A DNA stretch of 64,000 nucleotides, taken from NCBI GenBank assembly GCA_050294405.1, contig JBNKOC010000004.1, positions 143,872-207,871 on the forward strand, in the 5' to 3' direction. Shown piece by piece: positions 1-10,201 of this stretch (positions are counted from its first letter, which is position 1; each line of letters opens with the position of its first letter). The stretch comes from Fibrobacteria bacterium. Lineage in GTDB: Bacteria; Fibrobacterota; Fibrobacteria; UBA11236; JADFYW01. Position numbers and translations under genes: made by a program. The notes beneath the pieces were generated by a model. That model ran no database searches. It had not been told where the DNA came from and saw only the letters and a list, made by a program, of their open reading frames with translations.

Positions 1-922
1 TTAATTCGCAATGCAAACGGGATTGGGTAAACATCAAAATTTTTTTATCCTGGGAACAAAGTTCTTCGCAAAGATGGGCCAGGCGCTGATATAGCTCAGA
101 GCTTTTGCCGCCCATTCTGTAAATATGTTCTGTTTCCAATGAAGCCCACAAGCCCGGCGGTTTAGGAGAGCTGTCTTCAGAAAAAATTTGAGGATCTTTT
201 CCAATTAAATTTTTTCCGTGCTCCCCTTCATTGCCAAGGGTGGCGCTTGCCAACATCCAATGGGGATTAGAGCCATATTTGTGGCAAATTCTCCGAAGCC
301 TGGAAAAAAGCAAACATACATGGGACCCAAATACTCCCCCATACACATGGGCCTCATCCACCACCACTCCCTGCATATGCATGAAAAATCGGGACCACCT
401 GCCATTTTGAGGCAATATACTTGCATGAAGGGAATCGGGATTGGTAAAAAGTATGTTGGCCCTTTTTCGGGCTTCCGCCTTATTCTTAGAGGAAATATCT
501 CCGTTGTATAAATAAGGTTTTACGCAGGATATAAGTTCGGGCTGATTGGAAATTATATGCAGCAGCTTACGGAACTGGTTTGCCGCCAGAGCTTTGGTGG
601 GAAACAAAACCAAAAAACAATTTCTAGGCTCACTTAATAGCGAAGATAGAATGGGAAGCCAAAAGCAAAGACTCTTCCCGGATGCAGTGGGAGTAACCAC
701 TAAAAAATTTTCCTTCTCCGTTGCGCAGTTAAAACTGTCCACCTGCTGTTTGTAAAGCTTGGTCAAACCCTGGTTGTGCAAATGGTTTTTCAAAATTTCA
801 GGTACCTCATCAGGCAAATCAAAAAGCGTTTCGGGCCTTGGCTCCAATTCCTTTTCCCAGCCCAGCGAAAAAGAGCTTTGAGATTTAATTTGAGACCAGA
901 AATCAAAGGGCTTGGAAGACAT
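1..922 (-). CDS. DEAH-box SF2 helicase, YprA/MrfA/SftH (DUF1998-associated) type; 3' end runs off the window
   Basis: Absent from the ORF track because it has no stop in the window. Hand translation from ATG 922 gives Q-motif LYKQQ, Walker A VTPTASGKSL, ILFTNPDSLH, motif II VVVDEAHVYGGVFGSHV and motif III ASATLGN. Confidence 0.9.
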   Translation of the reverse strand, partial: MSSKPFDFWSQIKSQSSFSLGWEKELEPRPETLFDLPDEVPEILKNHLHNQGLTKLYKQQVDSFNCATEKENFLVVTPTASGKSLCFWLPILSSLLSEPRNCFLVLFPTKALAANQFRKLLHIISNQPELISCVKPYLYNGDISSKNKAEARKRANILFTNPDSLHASILPQNGRWSRFFMHMQGVVVDEAHVYGGVFGSHVCLLFSRLRRICHKYGSNPHWMLASATLGNEGEHGKNLIGKDPQIFSEDSSPKPPGLWASLETEHIYRMGGKSSELYQRLAHLCEELCSQDKKILMFTQSRLHCEL

Positions 923-1071
923 AACAAATTTAAACCTAGTATAAATTTGCCTGGAAAACAGTAAGCAAAGCACTTGTAAAGCAGGGCTTTTTTCAGTATT
1001 TTATTTTTTTCACTTTTAATGATTGTTGGCTTTTTTTAAATTCTCGATATAATTGAATGGAGGTATTCTAA

Positions 1072-1365
1072 ATGACTTATGTAGTTCAGGAAGCATGTGT
1101 AAAATGCAAATACGGTGATTGTGTTGAAGTTTGTCCAGTTAACTGTTTTTATGAAGACGAAGATATGCTGGTTATCAATCCCGAAGAATGCATTGATTGC
1201 TCAGCTTGCGTTCCCGCTTGCCCAGTAGAAGCCATTGCTTCCGAAGACGAAGCGGAAGAAAACTGGATTAAGAAAAATGCAGAGTTCGACTTTGCTGACG
1301 ACAAAAGAAGAGAAAGCAAAGACGACGTTACCCATGGTCCTGATTGGGACGAAGATAAAGCCTAA
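1072..1365 (+). CDS. fdxA: Dicluster ferredoxin (FdxA type)
   Basis: [20 protein letters not shown] and [12 protein letters not shown] motifs; GGAGGT SD upstream. Confidence 0.9.
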   Translation: MTYVVQEACVKCKYGDCVEVCPVNCFYEDEDMLVINPEECIDCSACVPACPVEAIASEDEAEENWIKKNAEFDFADDKRRESKDDVTHGPDWDEDKA

Positions 1366-1393
1366 GTTTAGTAAAAGGCTAAAGTTGAAATTT

Positions 1394-1420
1394 AAAGCGG
1401 CTGAACAAGCCGCTTTTTTT
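1394..1420 (+). terminator. Rho-independent terminator after ferredoxin
   Basis: AAAGCGGCT-gaaca-AGCCGCTTT stem running into a T tract. Confidence 0.85.
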
Positions 1421-1435
1421 ATAGCAGGCTTTTAA

Positions 1436-1945
1436 ATGGAAAAATTAAAACACATTGTAGCAGGCAGAGGCTCTCCCCACTTTTTTTTGGCCGCGTTATG
1501 TCTAGTGGCGTTTGTTTTTTATCCTGCTGTTTTAAAGGCAAGTGAGAGCACCCAATTTAAAAGCAAAATTGAGGTTATCAAATATTTGCAAAAAAACACG
1601 GCTGCCAAAGAGTTTAAAGAGCTCAAACTCGATATAAATCTAGACCAAAACAAAGAGTTACTTGTAGGTACAGATTGCTCCAGGGAAGGCCCATGTTTGT
1701 ACCATATTTTTGAAATGCTTAAATCCGGTGGTTTTCAATTTAAGGGTACAGTGCTGTTGCATAGTTTCTTTGAAGTTCTGGCTCAAAAATCCAACGGATA
1801 CTGTGATATTTTACAGGCCCAAATGGATAGCAATAACCATTTTCAACTGGTGCGCTATGAATTTAATGGGAAAGACTACAAGCCAGGGCCCTCTATTCGC
1901 ACCAATTCCAAGGTTTCCACTATTTTAAAATCGAGCCTTAAGTAG
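1436..1945 (+). CDS. Hypothetical exported protein
   Basis: 169-aa ORF with an N-terminal hydrophobic signal-like segment; no recognised family. Confidence 0.65.
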   Translation: MEKLKHIVAGRGSPHFFLAALCLVAFVFYPAVLKASESTQFKSKIEVIKYLQKNTAAKEFKELKLDINLDQNKELLVGTDCSREGPCLYHIFEMLKSGGFQFKGTVLLHSFFEVLAQKSNGYCDILQAQMDSNNHFQLVRYEFNGKDYKPGPSIRTNSKVSTILKSSLK

Positions 1946-1965
1946 CCAAATCAGACTTAAATACA

Positions 1966-2075
1966 GGGCAGCTCTAAAAATTGATGATCGTTGTTGTGAG
2001 CGAGGCACACGATGATGAACCGAAGCGAAGCGCAAGCTTGAAGGAGCCTGTGACACCCAATTTTTAGAGCTGCCC
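1966..2075. mobile_element. MITE-like non-coding element with 18-bp perfect terminal inverted repeats
   Basis: GGGCAGCTCTAAAAATTG (1966-1983) and CAATTTTTAGAGCTGCCC (2058-2075); 110 bp, intergenic, more GC-rich interior, no ORF. Confidence 0.65.
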
Positions 2076-2164
2076 AACAGTTTTTAACGGAAATTCGTTG
2101 TAATTTCAGGTCAACACACTCTGGAATCCCACAATCCTTTGTATATTATCCAGACAGAAAGATT

Positions 2165-3154
2165 ATGGTTAAACGGCTTCCCATCGCAAAATACGGCAAA
2201 ACAGCCAAGTATTTATATGAAAACTGGAAAGCCGAAAAAAACCCATTTTACGCTTCCTTAAAAGTAACTTTGCGCTGTCAGTTTAGCTGTAGCTTCTGTA
2301 ATATTTGGAACAGCCCCAAAACCGAACTTTCCACTCAGGATTTAAAAAAAGTTTTGAGAAATCTGGGCAAAAGCTCCATTATTATGACTTCCTTTGAAGG
2401 AGGTGAACCTTTACTTCGAAAAGATATTGAAGAGCTTTTGGAGGTGGCCGCTGCCCAGCCCTTTTACGTAATGTTTACCACCAGCCAGCGCAATTTATTG
2501 AGCTATCCCTGGGAGCGTTATCAAAAACACATCGATTTTTTAGAAATCAGCATTGATGAAGGCCATAAAAATTTAGAAATGTTTCAGCTATTACCTGACA
2601 TTAACAAATTTGACATGGTGGTTTGCGTGCAAACCGTAGTGCGTAAAGAGGACCAGGATAAAATGGAAGAAAAAGTGCGCTCCTGTTACGAAGCGGGTTG
2701 TAAAATTCTGTTAATGCCAGCTACTACCTTAGAAGGTGCGGCAGACGGCTTTCCCGAGTTTGAAGCTTTTGAAAAAGAGGTGATGCGCCTTAAAAAACTT
2801 TTTCCCCGGGTTATTATCACCCCAAACTCCTATTTCAGAAGAATGAAAATGAAGAAGGGAGGCTGTAGCCCTAATTCTATCGTTGTGGATGCAGACGGAA
2901 CCCTTTATTACCCCTGCCGTACTTTGGAAAGAAAAGCTATCCGACTCCAGGAAAGCGATTTAATGGAGTTTATAAACTCCCAAAACGCTCAGTCAGAGCG
3001 GGATTATATGCGAAACTGCGAGCGGCAATGTGGCTGGTATCAGTTTTACGCCACGGCGGGATTCACCAAAGCCAGCGACTTTTGGGACGCTTTCAGCCCC
3101 TATTTTCAAGATTTTATTAAGGGTTCCAAGCAAAAAAAGCTACAGCAAGCTTAA
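2165..3154 (+). CDS. Radical SAM protein with C-terminal SPASM/twitch-like Cys motif
   Basis: CQFSCSFC (CxxxCxxC), GGEPLLR, and C-terminal GGC...YYPC...CERQC. Confidence 0.85.
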   Translation: MVKRLPIAKYGKTAKYLYENWKAEKNPFYASLKVTLRCQFSCSFCNIWNSPKTELSTQDLKKVLRNLGKSSIIMTSFEGGEPLLRKDIEELLEVAAAQPFYVMFTTSQRNLLSYPWERYQKHIDFLEISIDEGHKNLEMFQLLPDINKFDMVVCVQTVVRKEDQDKMEEKVRSCYEAGCKILLMPATTLEGAADGFPEFEAFEKEVMRLKKLFPRVIITPNSYFRRMKMKKGGCSPNSIVVDADGTLYYPCRTLERKAIRLQESDLMEFINSQNAQSERDYMRNCERQCGWYQFYATAGFTKASDFWDAFSPYFQDFIKGSKQKKLQQA

Positions 3155-3219
3155 GATTTAGCGTAAGCAAATCCTTTAGTCAATTTAAAATCTGGCACTT
3201 TATTTTTAGTAGAGAACCC

Positions 3220-3315
3220 ATTTTTGTAATCGTTTTTAATTGTTATTTTTTTAAAAATATTTGATTTTTGTTTATTTAATGGATTTTACGTAATCTTTAC
3301 AGTATATTTACTTTT
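3220..3315 (+). promoter_or_regulatory. Candidate operator boxes upstream of the TIGR02147 gene
   Basis: ATTTTTGTAATC at 3220-3231 and GTAATC-N11-TTTACTTTT at 3290-3315; both recur upstream of 6195. Confidence 0.5.
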
Positions 3316-3323
3316 ATATCCCT

Positions 3324-4163
3324 ATGAGTGTAGAAAAGCCAAATATTTATCAGTATGACGATTTTCGGGAATTTATCCGGCAATGTTTTTTTTACAAACA
3401 AAGCATTCAACCAAAATATTCCCATCGAAAATTTGCCGCAGAAGCCGGCTTCACCAACCCGGGGTATTTAAATGATGTAATAAAAGGCAGGCGGCAACTC
3501 AGCAAAAGCGCCCAAGAAAAAATCATCAAAGTTTTTAACATCCACCCCAGCGAGGAAGAATTTTTTCGGCTTATTGTGGAATACGGGCAATGCAAAAAAT
3601 TAAAAACCAAAGATGAACTCTACCAAAAAATTTTATTTCGCAGAAGCCGAAGCAGTTTCACCCGTCTAAACCCCCAGCTCGTCAAATACTATCAGGACTA
3701 CCGATATCCATTAGTGCGCTCGGCCATTGAGGTTAAAAATTTCAAAGGAGATTACGACTCACTTGCAAAGTTTTTGATACCCAATCTGCCTACTAACATG
3801 GTGGTAAAAATTGTGCGGGATTTGTGCGATTGGGGTTTGGTCAAACAAAACCAAAATGGAAGCTACGAAGTTACCGATAAATTTGTGGAGCCCCCCGAAA
3901 CTATGGGCCAACTTATACGGCAACTCAACCGCAGCTGGATTCAACAAGGGGAAGAAGCTATTTCCCAATTCAGTCCCAAGGAAAGATACATCAACTCCGC
4001 CCTAATGGGAATCAGCAGAGAAACACAAAAAAAAATCCGTGAAAAAATCGAAAAATTCCGGCAGGAAATTTTTGACCTGATTAAAGAAGATAAGGAACCA
4101 GAAGTTTTAATGCAATTGAGCATGCTTTATTTTCCCAAGACAAAGGTCGAGGTAAAAAAATGA
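3324..4163 (+). CDS. TIGR02147-family (DUF4423) protein, putative DNA-binding regulator
   Basis: IYQYDDFREFI...YSHRKFAAEAGF.NPGYL.DVIKGRR.LS N-terminus and C-terminal QLSMLYFP are typical of this family. Confidence 0.85.
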   Translation: MSVEKPNIYQYDDFREFIRQCFFYKQSIQPKYSHRKFAAEAGFTNPGYLNDVIKGRRQLSKSAQEKIIKVFNIHPSEEEFFRLIVEYGQCKKLKTKDELYQKILFRRSRSSFTRLNPQLVKYYQDYRYPLVRSAIEVKNFKGDYDSLAKFLIPNLPTNMVVKIVRDLCDWGLVKQNQNGSYEVTDKFVEPPETMGQLIRQLNRSWIQQGEEAISQFSPKERYINSALMGISRETQKKIREKIEKFRQEIFDLIKEDKEPEVLMQLSMLYFPKTKVEVKK

Positions 4164-5962
4164 AACACAACATCTACGCCATTTTATTGATCTCTTTTTT
4201 ACTGGAAGCCTGTTTATTTTCCGGCGGTAAAACCGCAGGCACGGAAGATTTTCCCAATACAGTAAGCGCCACTGTTTTTTCTGGCATCGACGAATCTAAA
4301 GAATGGAAACAATTTGAAAACTTAAACACCGAGTTGCCACAAAACAGTATTAAGGCCAGTGACGCTTCACCACTAGCAAAATCATCTAGCGCAGAAAGCA
4401 ATCTATTAGCCGCTCCTCAAGAAATGCAAAACTCTTCTCCAAATTTTGCTTCAGCGGAAGATTTCATTGTAGATACCAGTTATTGGGTAGATGACGGAGA
4501 ACAAATCATTCATGTTATTGAAAAATCCAATTCAACCCACTATGCAGTTGACTCCATTTTTGCCTATGTCGGCAATTCCGGCGATAGCCTTATATCCCGC
4601 GTACATAGCGCCCAATACTCCAATTTGGGGAACTTACTTACATTAGAAACCCTAATAGAGGATTACGACGGCAACAACCATCTATCTCCCATTGAAGGCG
4701 AAGCCAACCAAGCCATTATTACAAGTATTAACTACAAGCTTTTGGGACAGGACATTGTGATAATGATAGCCGATGCGGGGGCTGATTTGGATTTCGGAGA
4801 AAACGAAAACAGCGCCACCGAAGACAACCTTATACTGGAAATAACCGGATTAAACATAAATGCAGACGGCGATACCCTTAAATTCTTCCAGCAAACGGAC
4901 GCCGATGGAGATGGGTTTATCACCCCAAGTCCTGGCAGAGAAAATCGGGTGAACAACCAGGAAATTAAGCAGGATATAATTTTAAAAACAAAAACCCACA
5001 GCCAAATAACTGTGGATGCAGGAGAAGATGATGATTTTGGTGAAAATGGCAACAGCGCCGAAGCAGACAACTTAATCATTCACTTTGAAGTTGCGGTAAT
5101 CAATCAGCAGGGAGATACCATTAGCCATGTTTATACCAAAGATTTAGACGGAGACAATATTATTACCGCGATAGCAGGCAATGAAACCAATTCAGCCAGT
5201 TACCACAAAATATTGCAAAGCGCCAATCAGAGAATTGAGGAGACTGTAGAACTCACCGCTGGAAAAGACAATGATTTTGATTTGGAATTCGACAATCAAA
5301 TAATAAGCTATTCCAAAATCTGGACAAATGATCAGGATACTTTATTATATGCCCGTATTGCAGATGCAGATGGCGACGGTATAGCATTTGACTCTCTTTC
5401 CGATTCCTCTATTGTAGATGTATACCACTTAACCACGGGAATCCCACCTCGTAAAGAAACCAAAACCACTATGGTGGTATTTCCTGAAGATAGCACCAAA
5501 AACTATCCTATTTACGGAGAAGTTGTCTCCAGCTGGAATCCAAAAAAATACAAGACTCTTAAAATTTTTGGAAAATTGGAAAACGACCGAATCGACCTTA
5601 AAGACACTGTTTTTATTTCTGTGGAAACCGCACAAGACGATCCAAGTTTTACGCCATTTCAAAGCTCTCTATTTAAAGCTGGCTTAGGAGAAGATATATA
5701 CTCAGATGAAGACAATGTTTTATACAGTTTTGAATTTCAGCGAGAAAACCCCAACCAGGAATTTCGGTCCGTGGAATTCTCTTTTATATCCGAAGAACCC
5801 ATCCCAAACGGCGAAGAACCAAAAGTCGGCTCAGTGGAAGCCAGACTAGAAACAGGTCCAGATGAAAGTTATTCTTTTGTTGGACTGCTGGTAGATGGCG
5901 AACTTTCAGGACAATTAACTCTTCCTGACGGCAGCATTAAAGACGTAAACTGGAAGCCCTAA
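4160..5962 (+). CDS. Large acidic lipoprotein with DxDGDG-type repeats
   Basis: Lipobox LEAC followed by AGTEDFPN; repeated DxDGD(G/N) and DAGxDxDF...DNxI motifs; ATGA overlap with the upstream gene. Confidence 0.8.
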   Translation: MKHNIYAILLISFLLEACLFSGGKTAGTEDFPNTVSATVFSGIDESKEWKQFENLNTELPQNSIKASDASPLAKSSSAESNLLAAPQEMQNSSPNFASAEDFIVDTSYWVDDGEQIIHVIEKSNSTHYAVDSIFAYVGNSGDSLISRVHSAQYSNLGNLLTLETLIEDYDGNNHLSPIEGEANQAIITSINYKLLGQDIVIMIADAGADLDFGENENSATEDNLILEITGLNINADGDTLKFFQQTDADGDGFITPSPGRENRVNNQEIKQDIILKTKTHSQITVDAGEDDDFGENGNSAEADNLIIHFEVAVINQQGDTISHVYTKDLDGDNIITAIAGNETNSASYHKILQSANQRIEETVELTAGKDNDFDLEFDNQIISYSKIWTNDQDTLLYARIADADGDGIAFDSLSDSSIVDVYHLTTGIPPRKETKTTMVVFPEDSTKNYPIYGEVVSSWNPKKYKTLKIFGKLENDRIDLKDTVFISVETAQDDPSFTPFQSSLFKAGLGEDIYSDEDNVLYSFEFQRENPNQEFRSVEFSFISEEPIPNGEEPKVGSVEARLETGPDESYSFVGLLVDGELSGQLTLPDGSIKDVNWKP

Positions 5963-6019
5963 AAAAAACTTTTGTACTAAAGAAGTGCTTTTTAAAGCGT
6001 TTCTTTTTGTTTTTAACGT

Positions 6020-6138
6020 ATTTTTGTAATCATTTTAAATATGTTTTTATTTTATTTTAAACCCAATAAACCAATTAATATTATTATTAAGCGAATTTTT
6101 AACGGTTTTAGTGTAATCATTTTAATAAAATTACTTTT
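6020..6138 (+). promoter_or_regulatory. Candidate operator boxes upstream of the second lipoprotein
   Basis: ATTTTTGTAATC at 6020-6031 and palindromic GTAATC-N11-ATTACTTTT at 6113-6138. Confidence 0.5.
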
Positions 6139-6194
6139 CATTTTCCAAAAACAAGGGTACATTAGAATTATCACTAATCAAGGAGCCCTATCAA

Positions 6195-7520
6195 ATGAAA
6201 CATCTAATCAAAAGCATCTCACTAATAGGCTGGGCATCCACCTTAATGTTCCTGGCCTGCGTAAACAATGTATCTGAAGAAGACAACCATATTCAAAACA
6301 GCGAAGTTACTGCCGAAAGTTCGGTGGAAACCATGTTAACAGATGGGTTTAACCAATCCACCCAACTCGAGCAACCCTTCCCCAGCATTGAGGGCGCACC
6401 CAGTCTCTCCAATCAAAATTTCCCCTTGGGAAAAAAATCAGCCTTAGGCAAGTCCGCCGCTGCAGAAGAAGAAATTTCCATAGACTCCAATAACATAGAA
6501 GAAGGCTATGCCATTGTGGTTATGAAGACCGCCACAGCAGCCTATGAAAAAACAGATAGTATATGGGTGGTGTGGGATGAATTTGCCCAGGATGAAATTG
6601 AAGATAATGAAAATATCCAGAAATTTTACAGCGGTACCTTTTACGCTGCTGGCAAGTCCGAAGAAATGTGGATCAGCGATGCCGATGGAGATGGCATTGC
6701 AAACGGCCAAAGCCAGTATGCTAAAAAGGTTGAATTAACCTTTAGCAACAGGAGTATTTTGGGAGTAGTAGAAAAGTCCACCATGACTGTGGACGCGGGT
6801 CCCGACGCAAACTTTGACAGCGAAGAAGATAATAAAATCATATCTATGGAATGGGAGAAAAGCCTGGAGGGCGAAACACTGGCCTACGCCCATTTTTCAG
6901 ACGAAGATGGCGACGGTATGTTAGTGGATAAAAGCTTTGCGACTAATTCTGTTGTAAAAGTTGAAATGTACGAAAGTTCCAATCCCCTTAAACCTCTGGT
7001 TGATTGGAGCAAGCTAAATTTAACAGTGGAAATGAGTGCGGAAAATGAAGAAGGAGAACTCATATCTATTTCTGGAGAAGAAAAATTCAAAAATGGAATC
7101 CACAACAAAATAGTAGCCCTTAGCAACGACGGAAAAGAAAATATCAAGGAAGCGCAAATTGTTATTGTAAAACTAACATCAGACAACCCCATTGAACAAG
7201 ATTCCAGCCTGCATTCCGAAGCCGTATTTGTAATTGACGTGGGCGCAGGGTTTTCCAACGAATCAGACAACAGTGTTTTGGAAATACATTTGGAAAGAGA
7301 AAGAAAATTTGGGCTGATTAAATCAGAAGAGTTCCATTTTGTATCTCAAGACCCGGTTATGGAAGGAGAGGAGCCTACTTCAGGAACAATCGAAATTTTG
7401 GTAAACTTTAAAGACGGCAAATCAGCCAGCCTGGTTGGCTCTTTTGAAGAAGGACATGTGGAAGGAACCCTTACTGGCCCGGAAGGAAACACTGTTAGCT
7501 TTAGCTGGACAAAACCCTAG
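6195..7520 (+). CDS. Acidic lipoprotein, paralogue of 4160-5962
   Basis: Lipobox FLAC; DADGDG and DEDGDG motifs; shared C-terminal domain (F.S.xP...GEEP..G..E...G.LT.P.G....W.KP); AAGGAG SD. Confidence 0.8.
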   Translation: MKHLIKSISLIGWASTLMFLACVNNVSEEDNHIQNSEVTAESSVETMLTDGFNQSTQLEQPFPSIEGAPSLSNQNFPLGKKSALGKSAAAEEEISIDSNNIEEGYAIVVMKTATAAYEKTDSIWVVWDEFAQDEIEDNENIQKFYSGTFYAAGKSEEMWISDADGDGIANGQSQYAKKVELTFSNRSILGVVEKSTMTVDAGPDANFDSEEDNKIISMEWEKSLEGETLAYAHFSDEDGDGMLVDKSFATNSVVKVEMYESSNPLKPLVDWSKLNLTVEMSAENEEGELISISGEEKFKNGIHNKIVALSNDGKENIKEAQIVIVKLTSDNPIEQDSSLHSEAVFVIDVGAGFSNESDNSVLEIHLERERKFGLIKSEEFHFVSQDPVMEGEEPTSGTIEILVNFKDGKSASLVGSFEEGHVEGTLTGPEGNTVSFSWTKP

Positions 7521-7552
7521 CTATACCTGAAAGCTTTTTTAAAACCCGTCTC

Positions 7553-8542
7553 TTAATGGCGGGTTTTATTTTTTTGGGGAATGTTTATATAAGGCACTTC
7601 AATTACCGTGTCTTTGGAATCGCTCCAGCGACAAACCCTGTTTCGGCCCAACTCTTTGGAGTAATACATAGCCTTATCGGCCCTATCCAAAGCCTGAGAA
7701 GAACTATTGGAAGAAGAAATAGAAGCCGCCCCCGCGGAAACTGTTATTTTAAAATTGTTTTTAAGAAAACGAAAACTTGTGCCTTCTATAGTTTTACGAA
7801 TTTTGTGGGCTAATACCGCCGCCTCTGGAGAACTGGAATACGGAGTGATAATTATGAACTCCTCGCCCCCATAACGAAATACAATATCCGATTTTTTTAC
7901 CTGTTTTTTAATAATACGGCCAATGGATTTTAATATGTAATCCCCCGCTTCGTGGGAATAATTGTCATTGATTTTTTTAAAATGATCGATATCCAAAAAA
8001 ATCAAACTGGAACGAATTCCATAACGCCCTACTTTGCTGTACTCTTTTTTGATACGCTTGTTTAAATAGCGTTTGTTATACACCCCTGTAAGGGAATCCA
8101 TGTATATTTCTCGCCTTAGGCTTTTATTTTCTTCCAAACTTTCAATAACAAGGTTTCTGGAATACACCAACATTTGGCGCAATGTTAGTATTCCCAGCAA
8201 CTTGCCGCGCTCCACCACCGGAATTTGCTTAAAACCATAGCGGTTTAAAACGGTAAAGGCTTCAGAAAATTTCGCCTGGGAATTTATAGTCACAAGCTGG
8301 CCTTTTATAATTTCCTTAATAAGGGTTTTTTTCTTAAAGGCATTTCCATTTACTCCCAGCAAAACAAAATCCCTGTCCGTCAAAATCCCGACAGGTTTCG
8401 CTCCGTTCATAACCACCAAACATGATTCTTTGTATTCGATCATCATGGCGGCGGCAGTTTGTATAGGCTCATTTTGGGAAATGGTAACCACATGGTCCGT
8501 CATTATTTCCCGAATGGGCCTTTTGGATAAAGAGCTAATCAT
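7553..8542 (-). CDS. CBS-pair plus GGDEF diguanylate cyclase
   Basis: Two CBS repeats, then DSLTGVYN, DIDHFKKIND and RYGGEEF. Confidence 0.92.
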   Translation of the reverse strand: MISSLSKRPIREIMTDHVVTISQNEPIQTAAAMMIEYKESCLVVMNGAKPVGILTDRDFVLLGVNGNAFKKKTLIKEIIKGQLVTINSQAKFSEAFTVLNRYGFKQIPVVERGKLLGILTLRQMLVYSRNLVIESLEENKSLRREIYMDSLTGVYNKRYLNKRIKKEYSKVGRYGIRSSLIFLDIDHFKKINDNYSHEAGDYILKSIGRIIKKQVKKSDIVFRYGGEEFIIITPYSSSPEAAVLAHKIRKTIEGTSFRFLKNNFKITVSAGAASISSSNSSSQALDRADKAMYYSKELGRNRVCRWSDSKDTVIEVPYINIPQKNKTRH

Positions 8543-8615
8543 TTTCGGTGGATAAATATAATAGGAAATCCCCGAAATTCAGCTGAATTAATAGGAAAAT
8601 TAGTCCACAATTTCG

Positions 8616-10193
8616 TTAAATTTGAGGGCCCGCATGGCTAAAATCCAAGTTGGGCTCCGCGTATTTCTTGTAATTTTCCTTAAACATCTCAGCTAATTTT
8701 TGGGCAGCTTCATTGTATTTTTTGGCAGAGTCCCAGCTGTGGGCCGGATTTAAAATACGGCTACCCACCTCTTTTATCTGTATGGGGATATTAAGCCCAA
8801 AAACTGGCTCAGCCTCAAATTCAGCTAGTTCCAGTTCGCCATCTAAAATGGAGCTTATAATTTGACGTGTTATACTTAGCTTCATGCGCTTGCCAAGCCC
8901 ATAGCCTCCTCCAGACCATCCCGTATTTACCAACCAGGCCTTGGCCTGGTGCTTTTCCAATTTTTCCCCTAAAAGCCGGGCGTAATCATGGGGGTGAAGA
9001 GTCAAAAAAGGACCACCAAAACAAGGGGAAAAAGTAGCCTGGGGCTCTGTGATTCCTCTCTCTGTTCCAGCCACTTTCGCGGTATAACCGGAAATAAAAT
9101 GGTACATTGCCTGGTCCTGGGAAAGCCTGGCCACAGGAGGCAATACTCCAAAAGCATCGCAGGTTAAAAAGATAACATGATTGGGGTGAGTGGCTTTGGA
9201 AACTGGGCGCACAATATTGTCAATGTGGTATAAAGGGTAGCTCACTCTTCCGTTTTCCGTTTTGGAAGTGTCGTGGTAATCCACAGCCCCGTCGGAAAGA
9301 ACTTTTACATTTTCCAACAGGGCATCTTTGCGGATAGCCCGATAAATATCAGGTTCTCTTTCCTCAATGAGATCGATGGTTTTCGCATAGCAACCTCCTT
9401 CAAGATTAAAGATCCCCTCGTCGTCCCAACCATGTTCATCGTCTCCAATAAGCTTTCTATGGGGGTCTGTGGACAAAGTGGTTTTCCCTGTGCCTGACAA
9501 ACCAAAAAACAGAGCGCTGTCCCCGTTTTTCCCGCAATTGGCCGAACAATGCATGGATAAAATTCCCTTTAGGGGAAGGTGGTAATTCATTATGGAAAAA
9601 ATCCCTTTTTTCATTTCTCCACCATAAGTTGTACCCCCAATAATGGCCAATTTTTTTTCCAAATTAAACATCACAAATACTTCGGAGTTTAATCCATGTT
9701 CTTCCCAATTTGGGTTGGTTACAGAGCTGGCGTTAATAATGGTGAAATCCGGATCAAAATCCTCCAGTTGGCTGGCTTCCGGGCGGATAAACATGTTTTT
9801 ACAAAAGTGAGATTGCCAGGCTATTTCGCTGACTATTCGAACCTTTAATCTGGTTTTAGGATTCGCTCCACAAAATCCGTCAGTTACATATAAATTTCTT
9901 CCTTCCATATGATTACACACCAATTCATGTAACTCTTCAAAAATTTCAGGGCTAACTGCTTTGTTAACATTTCCCCACCAAATATTTTTCTCAGAAGGCG
10001 CTTGGCGAACAATGTATTTATCTTTGGGCGAACGCCCCGTAAATTTTCCTGTGTCAATGGCAAGAGCTCCCGATTTGGTTGCAACAGCCTCTGCATTTTC
10101 TATTTCATGTTTATATAAATCCTCGTAGGATAAATTGTAAAACAATTCCCCGGTAGAATTTATCCCGCTTAATAATTCAGATGTTGTGAACAT
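8616..10193 (-). CDS. pckA: Phosphoenolpyruvate carboxykinase (ATP)
   Basis: [27 protein letters not shown] and EGGCYAK motifs. Confidence 0.97.
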   Translation of the reverse strand: MFTTSELLSGINSTGELFYNLSYEDLYKHEIENAEAVATKSGALAIDTGKFTGRSPKDKYIVRQAPSEKNIWWGNVNKAVSPEIFEELHELVCNHMEGRNLYVTDGFCGANPKTRLKVRIVSEIAWQSHFCKNMFIRPEASQLEDFDPDFTIINASSVTNPNWEEHGLNSEVFVMFNLEKKLAIIGGTTYGGEMKKGIFSIMNYHLPLKGILSMHCSANCGKNGDSALFFGLSGTGKTTLSTDPHRKLIGDDEHGWDDEGIFNLEGGCYAKTIDLIEEREPDIYRAIRKDALLENVKVLSDGAVDYHDTSKTENGRVSYPLYHIDNIVRPVSKATHPNHVIFLTCDAFGVLPPVARLSQDQAMYHFISGYTAKVAGTERGITEPQATFSPCFGGPFLTLHPHDYARLLGEKLEKHQAKAWLVNTGWSGGGYGLGKRMKLSITRQIISSILDGELELAEFEAEPVFGLNIPIQIKEVGSRILNPAHSWDSAKKYNEAAQKLAEMFKENYKKYAEPNLDFSHAGPQI

Positions 10194-10201
10194 GTCCTCT
10201 C

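Noticed and set aside
205..964. Short ORFs 205-426, 218-511, 546-755 and 776-964
   Set aside because: Shadows of the minus-strand helicase at 1-922.
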